The notes beneath the pieces were generated by a model. The model searched no databases. It worked only from the letters and a program-made list of their open reading frames with translations, and was not told the DNA's origin. The position numbers and the translations under genes are program-made. DNA of 59,866 nucleotides, counting the filler, from Bipalium vagum (Eukaryota), in assembly GCA_037834085.1 (NCBI GenBank). It is 3 parts of 3 records of this genome, joined end to end, with 100 filler letters (N's around TTAATTAATTAA, not from the genome) between each part and the next. Parts side by side here need not be neighbours in the genome. Positions count along the whole stretch, not along the records: positions 1 to 27,883 come from JBBMKC010074075.1; 2 more parts are not named here. One strand, 5' to 3'. How positions within the stretch are numbered: the stretch's first letter is position 1; each line of letters begins with the position of its first letter. Below, piece after piece: positions 11,701-25,881 of the stretch.

Positions 11701-14700
11701 AAAACTAACATTTATCATTAAAATTAAGGGGAAAATAAAATATTTAGTGTCTAATTCTTTGAAGTTTCTTAATTTAAAGGTTCAATTTAAATTAATGTGA
11801 AAAGTACAAATTTTTGAAAAATGTTCATTTTCTTTTAATAGTATTGGCCTAATTTTTGATAATAATAATTTAACTCTTACACGTCAGTTTTTCTTGAAAT
11901 AATTTTTCAATATTGGTTTTGAGAAATATTTCTACAAAAAATTTATCTCAGAGAAAATTTTTAATATTTCTAATTATCCAAAATGAGATCTTCAAATAAA
12001 GAAAGTAATATCAGAAAAATATACAAATACTAATTAGTAATAAATAATACCCAGTGAATGTACAGAATTCCCAAAAATAGTGTTGACCAAAATATATTAT
12101 ATAATTGATTATTGGTTTTAAAGCAAATGTGATTTTGAAGAGTCATGACGATTTATTTAAAACAATTGCTACTTATTTATGTAATACTTAAAAAATTGTA
12201 CCATTAATAAATTTAGACTTACTTTATGAGCTCTTCCTCGACGATAGTATGACAAATGAGAATCTTTGTCAAGTTCAATAGCAATTGAGCAATCTTCAAT
12301 GACTTCTAAATGTCGCCCAAGCACTAAATTTGTTGCAGCTCTATTTCTATAGCCTATAGGATTGGAAGGCCATTTGTCAACCAGTTTGTCATAGACAGCC
12401 AAGGCCTCATCATATTTCATCTGATCAAAAATGTATTACTACTTTAGTGTTTAGTGCTTAACATTTTACAAGGTTTTCAAACAGAAAGTTTATTAAACTC
12501 TAAATAATTTTTAATTGGACACGTCAAATTCAATGGTACCCAATTTTGAACTAAAACTCAAAATCTGTATAATAATAAACTTATTCATCGACAAAGATTT
12601 TTTAAAGATTTCCTATAAAATTTATTATTCTGGCTTCACTGTAAATCCTTTCCATAAATGAATTTTATCCATATACATAAATATGAAGAAATAATCTTAA
12701 TAAAATATTGTTTAAATGAATTACTTTTTCTTATGATTTATTGCTTTTACAATAAACTATCTTTTTGTGTAAAATTAATTAAAGATGAATTATAGAATAT
12801 CTCGAAAATTCAAAGTTTAAAATATCAATCTTAGAAATTAAACATTTATTTTTTAACATAATGATGGAAATAATAAGGAAAGGAATATTATTAAAATAAA
12901 GAAACCTACAGATGAGTTTTTGAAAATCAATATTTTTTAAAGAAATATAATTACAGTGAAACCTGTCAATGTTGAGAACCACTGCGACCGAAAATTTAAC
13001 CCAAGATATAGATTCATGAAAAAAAAAGTCAATATTTAATTTTTATTAACAAAATTTAGAGGTTCTCAAATTAACAAGTTTCATTGTACTTACAATTAAT
13101 TTTACATTTTACAATTAACTGTGTTCAAAAATCATCGATTTGAAATTAGAATTTCTATATCAAATTAAATGTTGTGATCATTAACAATTTTAAGCCTTAT
13201 CATTAAAGATTTTTTAAAAATCATTTTATCAATAATCATAATTAATAATAATTAAATAAACTAATTAAACTAAGGCATTTTTAATAAAACATGTGTTATA
13301 CAATTTCAAAAATTCAGATATAAATTTAACCAATACCTCCTTAAATAACTGATTTCCGTGATCTTTAAGTATCATGAACTCTTGTTCAGACGTTTCTTTG
13401 TTTTCTTGAGTAAAGGATTCGACAGAATTCGGCTTCATTTCATTTTGTCTCTAATGATAAATTTTTAAAAATTATATCACAACATAAATATCAGAGACAA
13501 AAAAGATATAGATATTAAGCTTTAAACTTTTAAATATACATTTTACTAATTTTTTTCAATGTTAAATATTTATCTCACATAACACTAGATTATATATATT
13601 CAAAATTTATAAGAAAGCTTTTATGAATATTGTGATACTTACTTCTTTTTGAGCTTCATGTTTAATTTCTGCTAAATCAGTGGACCTTGTTAACCATATA
13701 ATTTATAAGGATTAGATAACATTTGAATATATACTTGGGTTCATTTTCAACACCCTCTGAACTTTCATCATCTGATCCAATTTCGGTTATTACCATTCGC
13801 TTTCCATCTTTTAATTTTGGCTGAGCTCTTTTCTGCAATTCTTCTTGAGATTTGGCCAATAAATTCTTTAGTAAATAATAAATAGGTCCACTAATTAAAA
13901 TTGACAGAATACTTCAGCAAATTTATTATTTGGACTTAATTTAAGAATTTTCTGACAATCATTAATAGCATCGGGTAAATTGTGGATTTCGGAATAACAC
14001 GTTGCTCTTCTTTGTAATGCTTAATTTACAAAGAACATAATATAAAAAATAAATATTGAAAGAAAATAAATTAGAAATAACATAAAAACATGAGCTCTCT
14101 AAGTTTATTATTGTACATGCTAGTTGCTTGCAAAGAATTTTGAAAATAATGATGATGATGATATCCAATCATGATTCCAATCCAAAATTCATTCAAATAA
14201 TAATTACAGGCGATGAGACACGAGTCTTGAGTATCTCAAAGAAGTAAAATCAATCACACCCTCTAGATAAACCGAAATAAAAAGGATCACATAGATTTCA
14301 GCACAAAGGCCATTCTAAGATTTTTCGTCGATAAAAATGAAAAAATAATTTATTAATATTTCTCTTGTATAAAGATCAGACAAAGAATAATAGGTCATGA
14401 TTTTAAACAACCTTTTCATATTGTACTGATTATTCAGAAATTTTGATTATGGTCAACTTAATCGAATCTTTATAGAATTCACTTGGCAAACTAATTCTTC
14501 AGACTATTGGGAAGATTTAGAAATTCTTTTGAACTGAATAAAGCATTTTCAGAAATGCAGTATCATATATAAATTATTTTGAGAAGCATAACATTGAGTT
14601 TGATATATTTCATTGTTATTTAAGTAATATTCAAGTTCAAATAACTGTTTAATAACAAATGTTATTTATATAAAGTTGAAAATCAACATTAATTTAATGT

Positions 14701-16619
14701 CGGGATTATACTCATATGAAACAGGACCAAATAATTTTTAAAGAAAAGTTACAAAAACATCACAATGAAAAAATTTTAATAATTCAAAAATATTTTAATG
14801 AAGTATGATTTAATATTTCCTTATATAAAATAAAATCAGAAACCTTAATTTTCAAATGCAAAAAAGTGTAACCAACCTTTAATATTTGAAGGATCATTTT
14901 TGAGAGTGAAAGAAAGATCAGAAAGAGCTGCTTCCCATTTCCTTTGTTTCATATCTGTTATTAAGTAAAATAAATCGATTTAAGATATAATTTATTGAAT
15001 CAATAAATATAACAAGCTACATATACTACTTATCAAACATTTGTCAACTTAGTCAATATTACGATTTTAGTATAAAAATCAACACTCAAAATTATCATAA
15101 CCAATATTAAACTTGGAATAATCCGAATTAACCACATCTTGCACTGTATTCGCATCAGTCTTTTTAAGTATCAAAATCATAAACCAGTCAACCTTTCAGA
15201 AATTGTTTTTAGATAGATAATTTTTAGGAAATAATTTAATAAGATTTAAATCTCTAATCATCGATATTTAATATATCTATTTGATTAAGTAATACTTTAT
15301 TTTACAACTCATGTTTGATAAATATATTTTTATTAATAACGCCTGTTTGATTATAAATAGTAAGAAAATAATTAAAGGTATTGATGAAAGTCAAAAAGAA
15401 ACTGACAAACTAATCCTCGGTTGTTGTGCACAACTGCACTTTGTTCCACTGATAAGCTGCGACTGTAGTAAATTATAGCTTCAGCCAAATCACCGGATTT
15501 AAATGCCTAAATTGTAGAACTAAAATTCAACTATATCAGCTTAAAATCTTGCCTCGTTTCCTTTCTCTTTCTCTTCCAGTGCAATATTTGTTTTCTCTAA
15601 CTTAGACATGTTCGCTGTATCAATCTTCATCGATAATCCTTTATATTTTTGTTCTGGAACTTTAGATTCTATGGTATTTGATTTCAGCTGTTCTTCCTTT
15701 TCCTCCAAAATCATTTGCTTTTCAAGTTCAATGGAAATTCTTGGCAGAAATATTTTATATATTAATGGTGATATCCAGTCAAAAAAATTTATTGAAATAA
15801 CACAAGAAAGAATCATTAGACAATCAAATCAATGTATCGGTTTAAGAATAAAGCTAATTTCAATTCATACGGTTGAATATACATATCGATAGAAAATTTT
15901 TATAAAAATTTTAATTAATTAAGCACAATGTTCTCAATTAAATTAGAAAATTTACTTGGACCATTCATCATAATTTTTCGGTTTACATGATCTACTTGAA
16001 GATGTGGAACATTTCATCTCCTAACATTATAAAATTATATATAAACATTTAGAATAATTAGCAAACATCTTTTCTATCACTTATTTTTGTATCCTGATTA
16101 TTTCGAATAGGATACAGGCAGTTTTTTTCATTATCACCGTCGGATGCAGGTTTGCAAGTTTTTAGAGATTGTTCAATGTTTTGAATATCATTAACCCAAG
16201 TCTAGATTTAATAAATAATGATCAGAAACTCAAAATATACCTGAAAATCATTTAACATCTCTTCTTGGACAACTGTATCCAACTGGTTTAGGTTAACCAA
16301 CTGAGTTGCTTTTCGAAGTGCACGACTAATTAAAATGAAGTAATTATTAATGAAATAATAAAATGAGATCTACCTATTAGGTGATAATGTTTTCAATTTT
16401 TCTTCACAAAAATTTTCAAGATCCGGGTAGACACCCTCTTCACCAGCTCTAATAAAATTAAGTCAAGTATATTATTCAAAAATTAAATTAAGCATGATAC
16501 TTAAGTGTTAAATATATTTTTTCAAGTTGCAAAATATCATTGCACTTCTCAATATAATCATAATCCAAGTGGGTAATTGGAATCTTAAAAGTTTTGGTAA
16601 CATTTTCATTAGTCTCCAT
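8782..16619 (-). CDS. SPAG1: Sperm-associated antigen 1 (TPR co-chaperone with RPAP3_C-like domain), about 19 exons
   Basis: The N-terminus METNENVTKTFKIPITHLDYDYIEKC..LK|AGEEGVYPDLENFCE, then RKNYDEWSK, EKEKGNE|AFKSGD (TPR) and GKRMVITEI match SPAG1. A second TPR cluster lies at 13337-9760. The C-terminus reads LVKVERFGFVKMMIS..LEKLF, with a TGA stop at 8782-8784. Confidence 0.9.
11308..11653. mobile_element. Tc1-derived non-autonomous element (MITE) in a SPAG1 intron
   Basis: Imperfect terminal inverted repeats GGGGTGTTCCATTAAG..GCATTTT and AAAATGC..CTTAATGAAACATCC. Confidence 0.5.
14150..14560 (+). mobile_element. Highly decayed mariner fragment
   Basis: An IITGDET motif is encoded at ~14200; the rest is decayed. 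Confidence 0.45.
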
Positions 16620-17829
16620 ATGTTCGTTGCTAAGAATAATTATACAAAAATATATTTAAAGTTTGAATACAAATGATATTGATGAAATAAAATACTAAAA
16701 CAAAACATTGAGCATCACTAATAGTTATGTAATTGTTTTCCAGAATATAGTAATTTTTTCTTAGTTACAAATGAATAAATTATGACTTCTCAAAGAAATA
16801 GGTTCTTATAAAAATTTTTAAAATCTATATGTTTGAAAATAAAGTGAATTTAATCTTCTTGATGCAATTTTAATATAATATTTTTAACAAAATCTATTCA
16901 AGAATTAATATATTTTAATAATCATAATTATTAAATTACATATATATGAAACTCAACATTCAACACCAAAAATCAAAAAGTGTCTTGTTTTTAATTCAGG
17001 AGGCCTCATCTTTGATCTCGGTCTTGGGTTTAATACCTCATTTTTTTACTACTCAGATAATTAAGAAATGAAAATATTAGGATTGTAAAACAACCATATA
17101 AATAATTAAACATATTATAATACAAAATTTTAAAATATTATGCAGTCAAGTTTATCTAAATCTTTTATTACGGTTTGATTTTACAATAATCATATTGTTA
17201 AGTTTAAAGTAAGTTTAGATAGAATGTGGTTTCAATAGAATGAATATTCACTCCAAACTTAACGTGGTTCGTAAAATTTATTGAAATCAGAAGGATTTAG
17301 AGTGTGTTGCGCTCGTGTTCAATTAAAAAAAAGATGAGTCTTAATTATTTTTAATCGACTGGGTATTAAATATTTGTGCTAATAAAAATTATTACAATAT
17401 TAACTCACTATGAACCCTGTCGTAACATTTAGCTCGCAAAGTTACTGACCCCTTCACTTAGCCTATACGTGTACGCAAATGAATGAATCAAACAATTATG
17501 AACAACACTTTATTACTAAAATAACAATACAAACGAAACGTTTCAAATAATCAGTAAATGTCTGCCATCAAGTGTTTTTACACAAAAGAAAAATCAAATG
17601 TTATCACACTGAAAATCAAATGATAATAATTAATAAAAATAATTAAATGTCAATATCAAATAAGTGTCTGTACGTAAAGGTAAATTAAAAAGATAAAAAT
17701 GAATAAAAATTTAGATACTCTCACCACTTGTGACGACAGGTCCAAAGGGTGGTTAGCTGAGCCCAATCCGGTCCGCTCAGAAACCCCATAACCGCACAGG
17801 ACTCGTCAGAATTACAATTTCAAAAACAA

Positions 17830-18010
17830 TCTTCGGATAATAGCAAATTCCAAATCTTCTCTTCTGACAAAATAATGACAACGATCCTTCTTCTGGCAAT
17901 AATAATCTTCTGACAAAACAATAACAACGATTCTTCTGGCAATAATAGTCTTCTGACAAAACAATAATAACGATTTTTCTTCTGGCAATAATACTCAAAA
18001 TAATAACAAC
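17830..18010. repeat. Tandem repeat, ~45-50 bp unit, 3-4 degenerate copies
   Basis: Repeated TTCTGACAAAA..AACGAT..TTCTTCTGGCAATAAT. This explains ORFs 17777..18025 and 17820..18089. Confidence 0.8.
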
Positions 18011-18854
18011 ATTTCTCAATCTCACTTTTGTGGCAATCCACTGCGGATTCCAACTCCTTATATACCATTCTGATCAGACGAATAATCAATCGTAGATCAG
18101 CTTGATTAATGGGGAATGTCTAATAATTCTAAATCGGTCCCTCCTTGCGGACCCTGATCTAATCTTTCCAATTTAGGTTCACCATTGTGAAGATAAGATC
18201 CTTTTTAGAAATAATTAATTGCCACTTTTTTTGTTTGGATGTACTTTTTAATTAATTAATTATTATTGTTAATTTATTATTATTATTATTATTTCTGACC
18301 ATCTTGCGGTATTAATAATTAATTGATAAAAATCAATCCAAACCCTATTGTGGTCTCTACCATATACTTTACAAGGGTTGACAGGGATGTGTCCTTGGCC
18401 ATCCAACAAAATCAAATCGGACTTTAAAATTAAAAATTAATCACTAAGACAAATCAAGACACGATATTAATTTGATAAATTTGTATTTTTTAACTTTGTT
18501 GAACAAATAAACAAAATAAATTATTATATTGATAAATCCCGGAGAGATAAGGTTTTAGGAAGGATTTTAGAATGCTCTTCGCTAACCTAGCCTCAAGAGC
18601 CCCCAAAAGAAACAAGCGTCTCTCCGCAGACGTAGAAGGCAATAAAAGAAAAAAGATGGGAAAAAACAAAAAAGGTTTTTATTTTGATAATGATGGAATA
18701 ATTGGGGAACTATCCAATTATCCTTTCGCGATTATTTTAAGATGTTATGGAGTAAATAACAATCACAATATCCAAATTGGTACTTATGATTGAGAAAATA
18801 AAAGAAATTGGGTGAAGTTCTATGGACTGGTAAGCTGCCAAAATATAAATATTC

Positions 18855-19025
18855 TTTTTAGTATTCCAGAATCAGAATTTGAATGAAATATTTGCTCTAG
18901 AATATCTTCAAAAATTTATGCTTCGATTCTTCCTTTGATCTTTCTTTTTAGTATTTCAGAATCGGAATATAAATGAAATATTTAACCTAGAATTTCTTCA
19001 CGAAATAGATGCTTCGATTCTCGAC
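18855..19025. repeat. Two-copy ~90 bp diverged tandem duplication
   Basis: TTTTTAGTATT.CAGAATC.GAAT..AATGAAATATTT..CTAGAAT.TCTTCA...ATGCTTCGATTCT occurs twice. Confidence 0.75.
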
Positions 19026-20125
19026 TTGAATTCTTCGTTTGATCTTCCTTCCCGTTCTGCTTGAATTTTTTTGCTTTTATATTAATTCGAATATTAATTT
19101 GACACCTTTCTGTCAGCATAAATTTCCTTTGACGATCGCAAGAATATCTGGTTACGCAGAAATTTGATAGCCTGGCTTCTCTGTAGACTTCAAGTTTTCA
19201 TATAATTTTTTTGGCGTCTTTAATACGAAATTTTTTAATTTATATTACTATTTTCTACATATTTTTATTTATAGCAATATAAATTTACCATATTTTATTT
19301 TTAGTAATTATTTTTATCGTTATCTGTCTTAGTAAAATGATTTTCAATAAATTATATTTTTTGCTTTTCTATAAATAGTAACTTTATATTATTTATAAAT
19401 TCATCTCACTAATTTATTTTTTAAGTTTATTTATATTTATTAACCTAAGGCAGCTTATTTATTATTAATAACTAAAATTTTTATAATTTTACTAATAAAT
19501 AATAAAATATATCTACAGTTTTTTGACTAATTTTATTCACATGAGAATGAAATAAAATATTTAATTTTGTTTCCATAAATCATAAATATAAAAAAAGGAT
19601 CACATCTTTTAATTTGATTTATAAATTGTCTATCATTAGTTTTGACCATCAGTCTTTTCCAATCAATTACGTATATTATTTTCCAAACACGAATGTTTTA
19701 GCTCTAAAAAATTACAGAAATTCATTTTCCATAACATTTTAGAATGCCCTTCTGACATAATTTCAATTTTCTTCTTAAAATTATTTCAAATAAACATTCT
19801 TTTTTCGAAAATAAAACCATTTCACTTTTAAACATTAATAAACAAACTATTGATTAACTCAAGACAAAAATGAAAAGTAATAAACTTTATTTATAATCAA
19901 AAACCATATCCGAGAATGTATAATAGTGAAATATTACATATAAATTAAAGTTGGACATAATAATAAATTTGAAAAACTAGTTTTAATTAGAAAAATAACT
20001 ATTCAGCATTTCGGGACTTGCCCTTTATAACTCTAAATATAAATTTAAGAACATTTTTCAAATATTTTTTGTACATTGGGATTCAATACCAAATATAAAT
20101 GCATTTTATAATTAACAAAAAAACA

Positions 20126-22565
20126 TTACTGGTTCTTTACCCCATCGTTTTCGTTCAACTTTCGCTTTTTACTTTGATTATCCATAACATAGCTATTTGA
20201 ATAATTATTTACATCATTATTGGAATAAATATTGGTTATTCGATAAGGTTGGCTAACCTTGAGCTTTTCATTGGAGCTTAAGTGAAAGTGGTTCACATTC
20301 GTTCTGAAACAATGAAGACAAACAAATAATATTAAAACCAATTATGAAATTAAAAAATTAAACGAAAAATAAAAATAGTGAGTTTAAACAATTAGCAAAC
20401 TTTTATAATAGAATTTCTAAAGAAATATATTATTGAAAGAAATTTTATTGATTACCTATTATAATTACGCGTTGTAAATTTTCAATTAAATATTCACTTT
20501 ACTATCATACTATTGAGTCGTGATCCTTTTTGTCACGATTGTATTTTTTAAAAATGTTTTAATGTCTAGACCGCATCAGATTTCAAGAATATTAATAAAC
20601 ATCAAATAGTTTACAATGATTAAAATCACCATAAAGTTCTGTCTCAATTAATCTAAAACAAGTACAATATATTTTTTCATATCGTATTGTATTATATTTC
20701 CATTTTTTTCAAAAATTTGATCATTGAGAATAATTAAATGTGGAGAATCAAGTGATTTCTAATGTTGGTAATTGTACCCCAATATCATTAAAAATTGTCT
20801 CAGAAGAAACCACGATTTATTTTAAATAATTTTGAAGCATTACATTTTGGAAATACAGATTAAATTTTTACGATTCTTTCACAGAAATTAGCTGCATTTA
20901 AATAATAAAATTATTCTAAAGATTTTAAATTTAAACTAAAAACATAAATTAATTCTTCGTTTATTAATAATGAAATATTTAATAAATAAAATAAACAAAA
21001 AAATAGGCAGTTAAATATTTTAATGATTAATAAGCGTAATATTAAACCGAATTTCACTTTTTACAGAATTTTTAATATAGTGGGGGTTTCCGATTCAGTG
21101 CAGAGATTTGTAATTGTAATTTGCAATAGTTAAATGAAGAGTAAAAATGTCTTTTCAAGGTCATAATTTAAACCGTTATTATATTCAAACATAAAAAATA
21201 AAAATCATCAGATAAAATATATTTTTGAAGAAAATTAATATTTCAAAATGACCCATTGTTAAATTATTTTCAATTGTCTATTATTATTATTATACCTTCC
21301 CTTTACTTGTCGAAAGTTTAGAGATTAATTTTTTTCTTAAAATCTGACTTAACATTTATGAAAAAAGTTAATTACCAATTACATTTTACTATGTTTTGAG
21401 AATCACAGATTTATGAACTTATTATTTTCATACTTAAAACAAAAGGCAATATAAAAATAGAATTTCATAAAATAATTTTTAAAAAATTACAAAAATTATC
21501 TAAGGTCAATTCTATAAATTAAAACTGTGAAAATAACGTAAATAAAAAAATATAATAGTTAACAAATTAAAATACTTTCCTTTTCTTTCATCAACGACAA
21601 TTTTGAAAAAAAGATTCTAATTAGAGTATCATTTTAATGTCATTGAACAAACCAATCAAATGAGTATTTCTTTTAAAAATAATAATTCAGAATCAGAATT
21701 TATTACAAAGGGGAAAGAAATGATTTTACTATATTTCAAATGATTGGTTTATTAAGAATTTCATATTTCGCTAACTAACTTTTAAATTTAATTTAAAACA
21801 TATTTGATATTTTATTATTATACCTATCCGAATAAAATAAGTTTAAATTACTACATACATATATAATTAAAATAAAAAACAGTTTTTTGATTAACAAAAT
21901 TAATTTGAATACCTTGAAAATAAAAAAAATTAAATATTTGGCAGATTTTTTCATTAAAAAATAACTATTGAAGGGAAATTATAAATTTAAAATTTTCACT
22001 GAGTATTTATTTATTTTTCAATTTGGGTTTAGGATATTTCTTGGAAGCGCACAAATTATTCCATATTTTATTTGAATCTGTTTTCTGTAATAATTGTATT
22101 TCAGAAATTATTTATATATTTTTGTAAGTGTAAACAAAATTTATTTATATTGTTTTCGATAAATTTAAATTGATATTTTTTAAAATAATTAAAAAATTCC
22201 TTATCTAGATATAAAACTTTTCTTTTTAGTCACTTGAAAAAACTTTCTATCAATTAAAAAGAGATCAATAGAGAAATACTTTTTAAATTCTCACATTAAA
22301 AGTAAATTTTTCAGAATAATATCAAAATTTTTATACAATTTATTAAAGTGAGCCAGCAGCTCTAGAAAATACTTTTTCGTTCAAAACAGCTTAAAGCAAT
22401 GAAATTATTCGATAAATTATAAAATCAATAAACCGAGTATTTTTAAATATTATCAGTTCTAAAATAGATTTTGTTTGCTATCAATAAAAGTTAAGTAACA
22501 ATAAAAAAATTTTTTTAACTTTATAACTATTTCTGTGGAAAATCTTTATTTAGCCAAACTTTTAT

Positions 22566-22639
<74 letters not shown>

Positions 22640-25600
22640 TTTCAACTTAAATATTGAGTAGGAAACTAAATGATTGAATTCTTGATTATTTTTCATGTAT
22701 TCAATAAAAAAGATTATTTGCGTATTGTGAGAAAAAGATTATTATTTTCAGAAATTTTACATGCTTTAAAAACTTTTCTGCAATAAAATCAAAGCAAAAT
22801 TAATTTAAAGTCACAGTTAAGCTATTTTTCAATGGAAATTTTTCAACCTTCTTGTCGTCGTTACAGTTGAAGAAATCAAATTTCTTGACGATTTAGAAAC
22901 AAGTAGACTCCTTACATTAATTTTACTCTGAAATATCAGTAGACCAAACAAATTCATATCCAGAAAGTCTCACGACAAAATTTAATTATACAGATGCAAT
23001 TATTTTCAAGGAGAAAAAAATAAAATTCTATTTTTATCACCCCAAACTGGAATAAACGGAGATATTAGAACAAAAAGCTGTTTTGAATTTTATTATAAAT
23101 TATTAATCTTTAATCTTCAAAAAAACACCAAACTAAAAAATCAATAACTGAGTACAATAACATAAATAATCATTATTTTTCAGTGCACAATTTAAAGATC
23201 ACAAATAAAAATTAAAACTTTCCAAATTATCTTCTAAAATTTGAAAATCCGTTGAACTGAAACATTTTATTTCACTGAAAAACGATTTGATAATAAAGAT
23301 AATATGACCCATGGTTCTCGAGATTCAATTTAGCTCTTGTGATAAAGACATAATTGATAAGTTCAAAAACATAAATCAAGTCAAAGAGAAAAATATGATT
23401 GGTGGATGAAAACCAATATATACATTAATCACAAATTTAATTGATTTTATTGAAATCAAGTACTATTATTATTTCCATTAATATTAATACCATTTTTAAT
23501 AATATTCTTTTTCTCTGTTAAAAAATTTATGATTTGCAACGATTTATTGACATGCCTTCGAACTTTTGAAAATTGAAATAATGAGACTCAGTTTGAAGAA
23601 TAATGCATATTAAAATATTGTATTTATAATACAATCTTGTTAAAACCGACCTATTTAATGATTCTTGCGTTGATTTTACAGTGTTCGTAACCGCTTGGTT
23701 TATGTATTGAAGTTGATTTAAAAGAACTTCCTTCTCAGCCTCAAGCTTTTTAATGATCGATGATTTCTCTCGAATTTCACCATTCAACTGAAAATTAATC
23801 GAAAAAAATTAATTGAAAAATATTTTAAAATTTTATTTTATCGATGATTATCTGTTTATATCAAGTTAAATTTTCACAACAGAATTGAAATCATTAAAGA
23901 ATTATTGACTTTTTTCATGAAATTCTTGGGAGATACAATTTCTTTGAAGAAAAATAACAATAAATTACGTAAATTACTTTTGTTTATTAAAATATTGTAC
24001 AAATTTGAAATATTTTCTAAAAATTTAAGTTGATGTCTGAACATTAAAATGTGGACCTCGCTCATATATTTGATTATCTTATTGTTTATTTTATATTATT
24101 TATTCCTTTCTTTATATGGATTATAAAGACTAATTAAACGTGGAATCCGTAAAAATTCAATTTTTGAATTAAAACTTTCACAATATCCACTTACTTAACG
24201 ATTTTGAAATAAATAACCTTTTGCTTTTATTCCAAATAACAGATTTTTCCAAGAAAATTTGAACAAATCGAATTAAAATATTGAATTTTTATTTGTAATA
24301 TTTTATAAGTTGAAAAAATATAAATGTGATGATAAAATCAAAATCAAAAGGTATCAATTTCAAAAAATAACTTCTGAGTCAACATTTGTTTTGCAAAAAA
24401 TCGATAAGCCAAAACATAAATAGCAACAAAATTTATATTTATAAATAAAAATTTATTGATTTTCAAAAAAAATATATTAATTATATAAAAATATCAATAG
24501 TTCATTAAGGAAAAACATTTCTAAAGTTGATGTACGTTGAAAAAGAAAATAATTTTATCAAAATATGAATATCAATCTGCGTACCAGCGTCTAAAAGAAA
24601 AAACTGGTACAAAATTCAGTAAATTTTATCAAAAATTTTCAAACAATTTTCTTTCGTTTTTTCTGTTTAAAAAGTAACAAAAAAGAAAAACTTATTAATT
24701 TTGAACCAAAACACTCTCACTAACCTTCTCATATTTGGCTTGAATGTCATTAAATTGATCTGTTTGTATTCGAAAGTAATCGTACACAGCCTTCAGCACG
24801 TGACTTTTACTGCGATTTAGAGCCATCTTTTCATTGGCAGGAAGCATATTCTGTAGCTCACTTATCCAAGTATTGATTCGATCTCGGCGTCGTCTTTCCA
24901 CTATTCGTTTATTTGTGGTTTTCAAATAAATATGATGAACACAAAAGACATTTACAAAAAAGTTATCAAAATTCAAGTCAATTTACCTTCATTGTGACTA
25001 GATTTCCGTTTCAATTCTTTAAAGTCACCACCGGCACCAGCACCAGCACCGTCGCCATTGACATAATCCTTTGAAAGACCGCTATCCGTTTGAGTAACAG
25101 ACACTGTTTGGACAAATTATTTCTTTTCAGAAAATGAAAAATTGAAATTTACTTGAAAAAATTGGCGAATTACAGGAATATGATTTGGAGCCATTATCCG
25201 ATTGGCCACTTCCACCGACAGCGATATTAGCCGAGGAGGAAGATGAAGTTTCGGCTAACGTTTTATTACAGGGTTTGATTTTCAGTTTTTTCTGGTTCCT
25301 GTTGATTCCAAGATTACATTTAGTGATTACGATACCCGATGATTCGGAATTGGACTGAGTAAAAAGATTGGAAACACTTTGCATTTCATTATTGATTTCT
25401 AAACTATTTTTTGAGTTGGGAAAGTGATTAACGTGTTCCTTCAACGACTCATTAACAATTCGCCCAATATTCGGTAACGAATCGACCATTTCTGAATTTT
25501 TACTTTTCAATATCAAAATTTGTTTTTCATTCTTTATTTGTTGGGACTGTTGTTGCTTTTGCTGTTGCTCATGCTGCTGGTGAGAATTGTTAAGAGGAAG

Positions 25601-25881
25601 CTGAGAATTGGATACCGAATTTTCATCGTGCACTAAAAGAGTGATTTCCGGTTCACTATCGGCATCGATGGAACACTCATAATAATTGTTAATCATATTG
25701 TCAGACTGTATCGAGTCTCGATATCTTTGGACCAAAGACGAAAGTGAAGATTCGTCAATTTTACGACTATTCATCATGGATTCCAGATTTCTACTGGAAT
25801 TTGAAGATTGTGGCGTTTCGAATATCTTTTGGATCAATTCAGCAGCCGATAAATTATTCGAAATTTGTAATTGTTGAGCAG
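20126..25881 (-). CDS. USF-like bHLH-leucine zipper transcription factor. Exons ~25153-25881, ~24987-25104, 24725-24901, 23651-23787, 20126-20303; first exon not resolved
   Basis: Spliced KRKSSHNE|VERRRRDRINTWISELQNMLP..SKSHVLKAVYDY, followed by a zipper LNGEIREKSSIIKKLEAEKEVLLNQL. A phase-2 junction LNR|TNV joins the last exon. Confidence 0.8.
22568..22639. repeat. (AAT)n microsatellite
   Basis: About 24 AAT units. Confidence 0.95.

Larger units (their letters stand above)
17418..19200 (-). mobile_element. Nested LTR-retrotransposon LTR/leader fragments
   Basis: TGTCGT(17418)...ACGACA(~17738) inverted ends. On the minus strand there are ...ACA+(A/AG)+TGGTGA junctions (LTR end plus PBS-like) near 18185 and 17728. 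The motif CTCAGAAACCCC..AACC is shared with the leader at ~39080. Confidence 0.4.

Noticed and set aside
17830-18010. CRISPR-like regularly spaced repeats
   Set aside because: The intervening sequences are near-identical, the context is eukaryotic and there are no cas genes. It is a simple tandem repeat.
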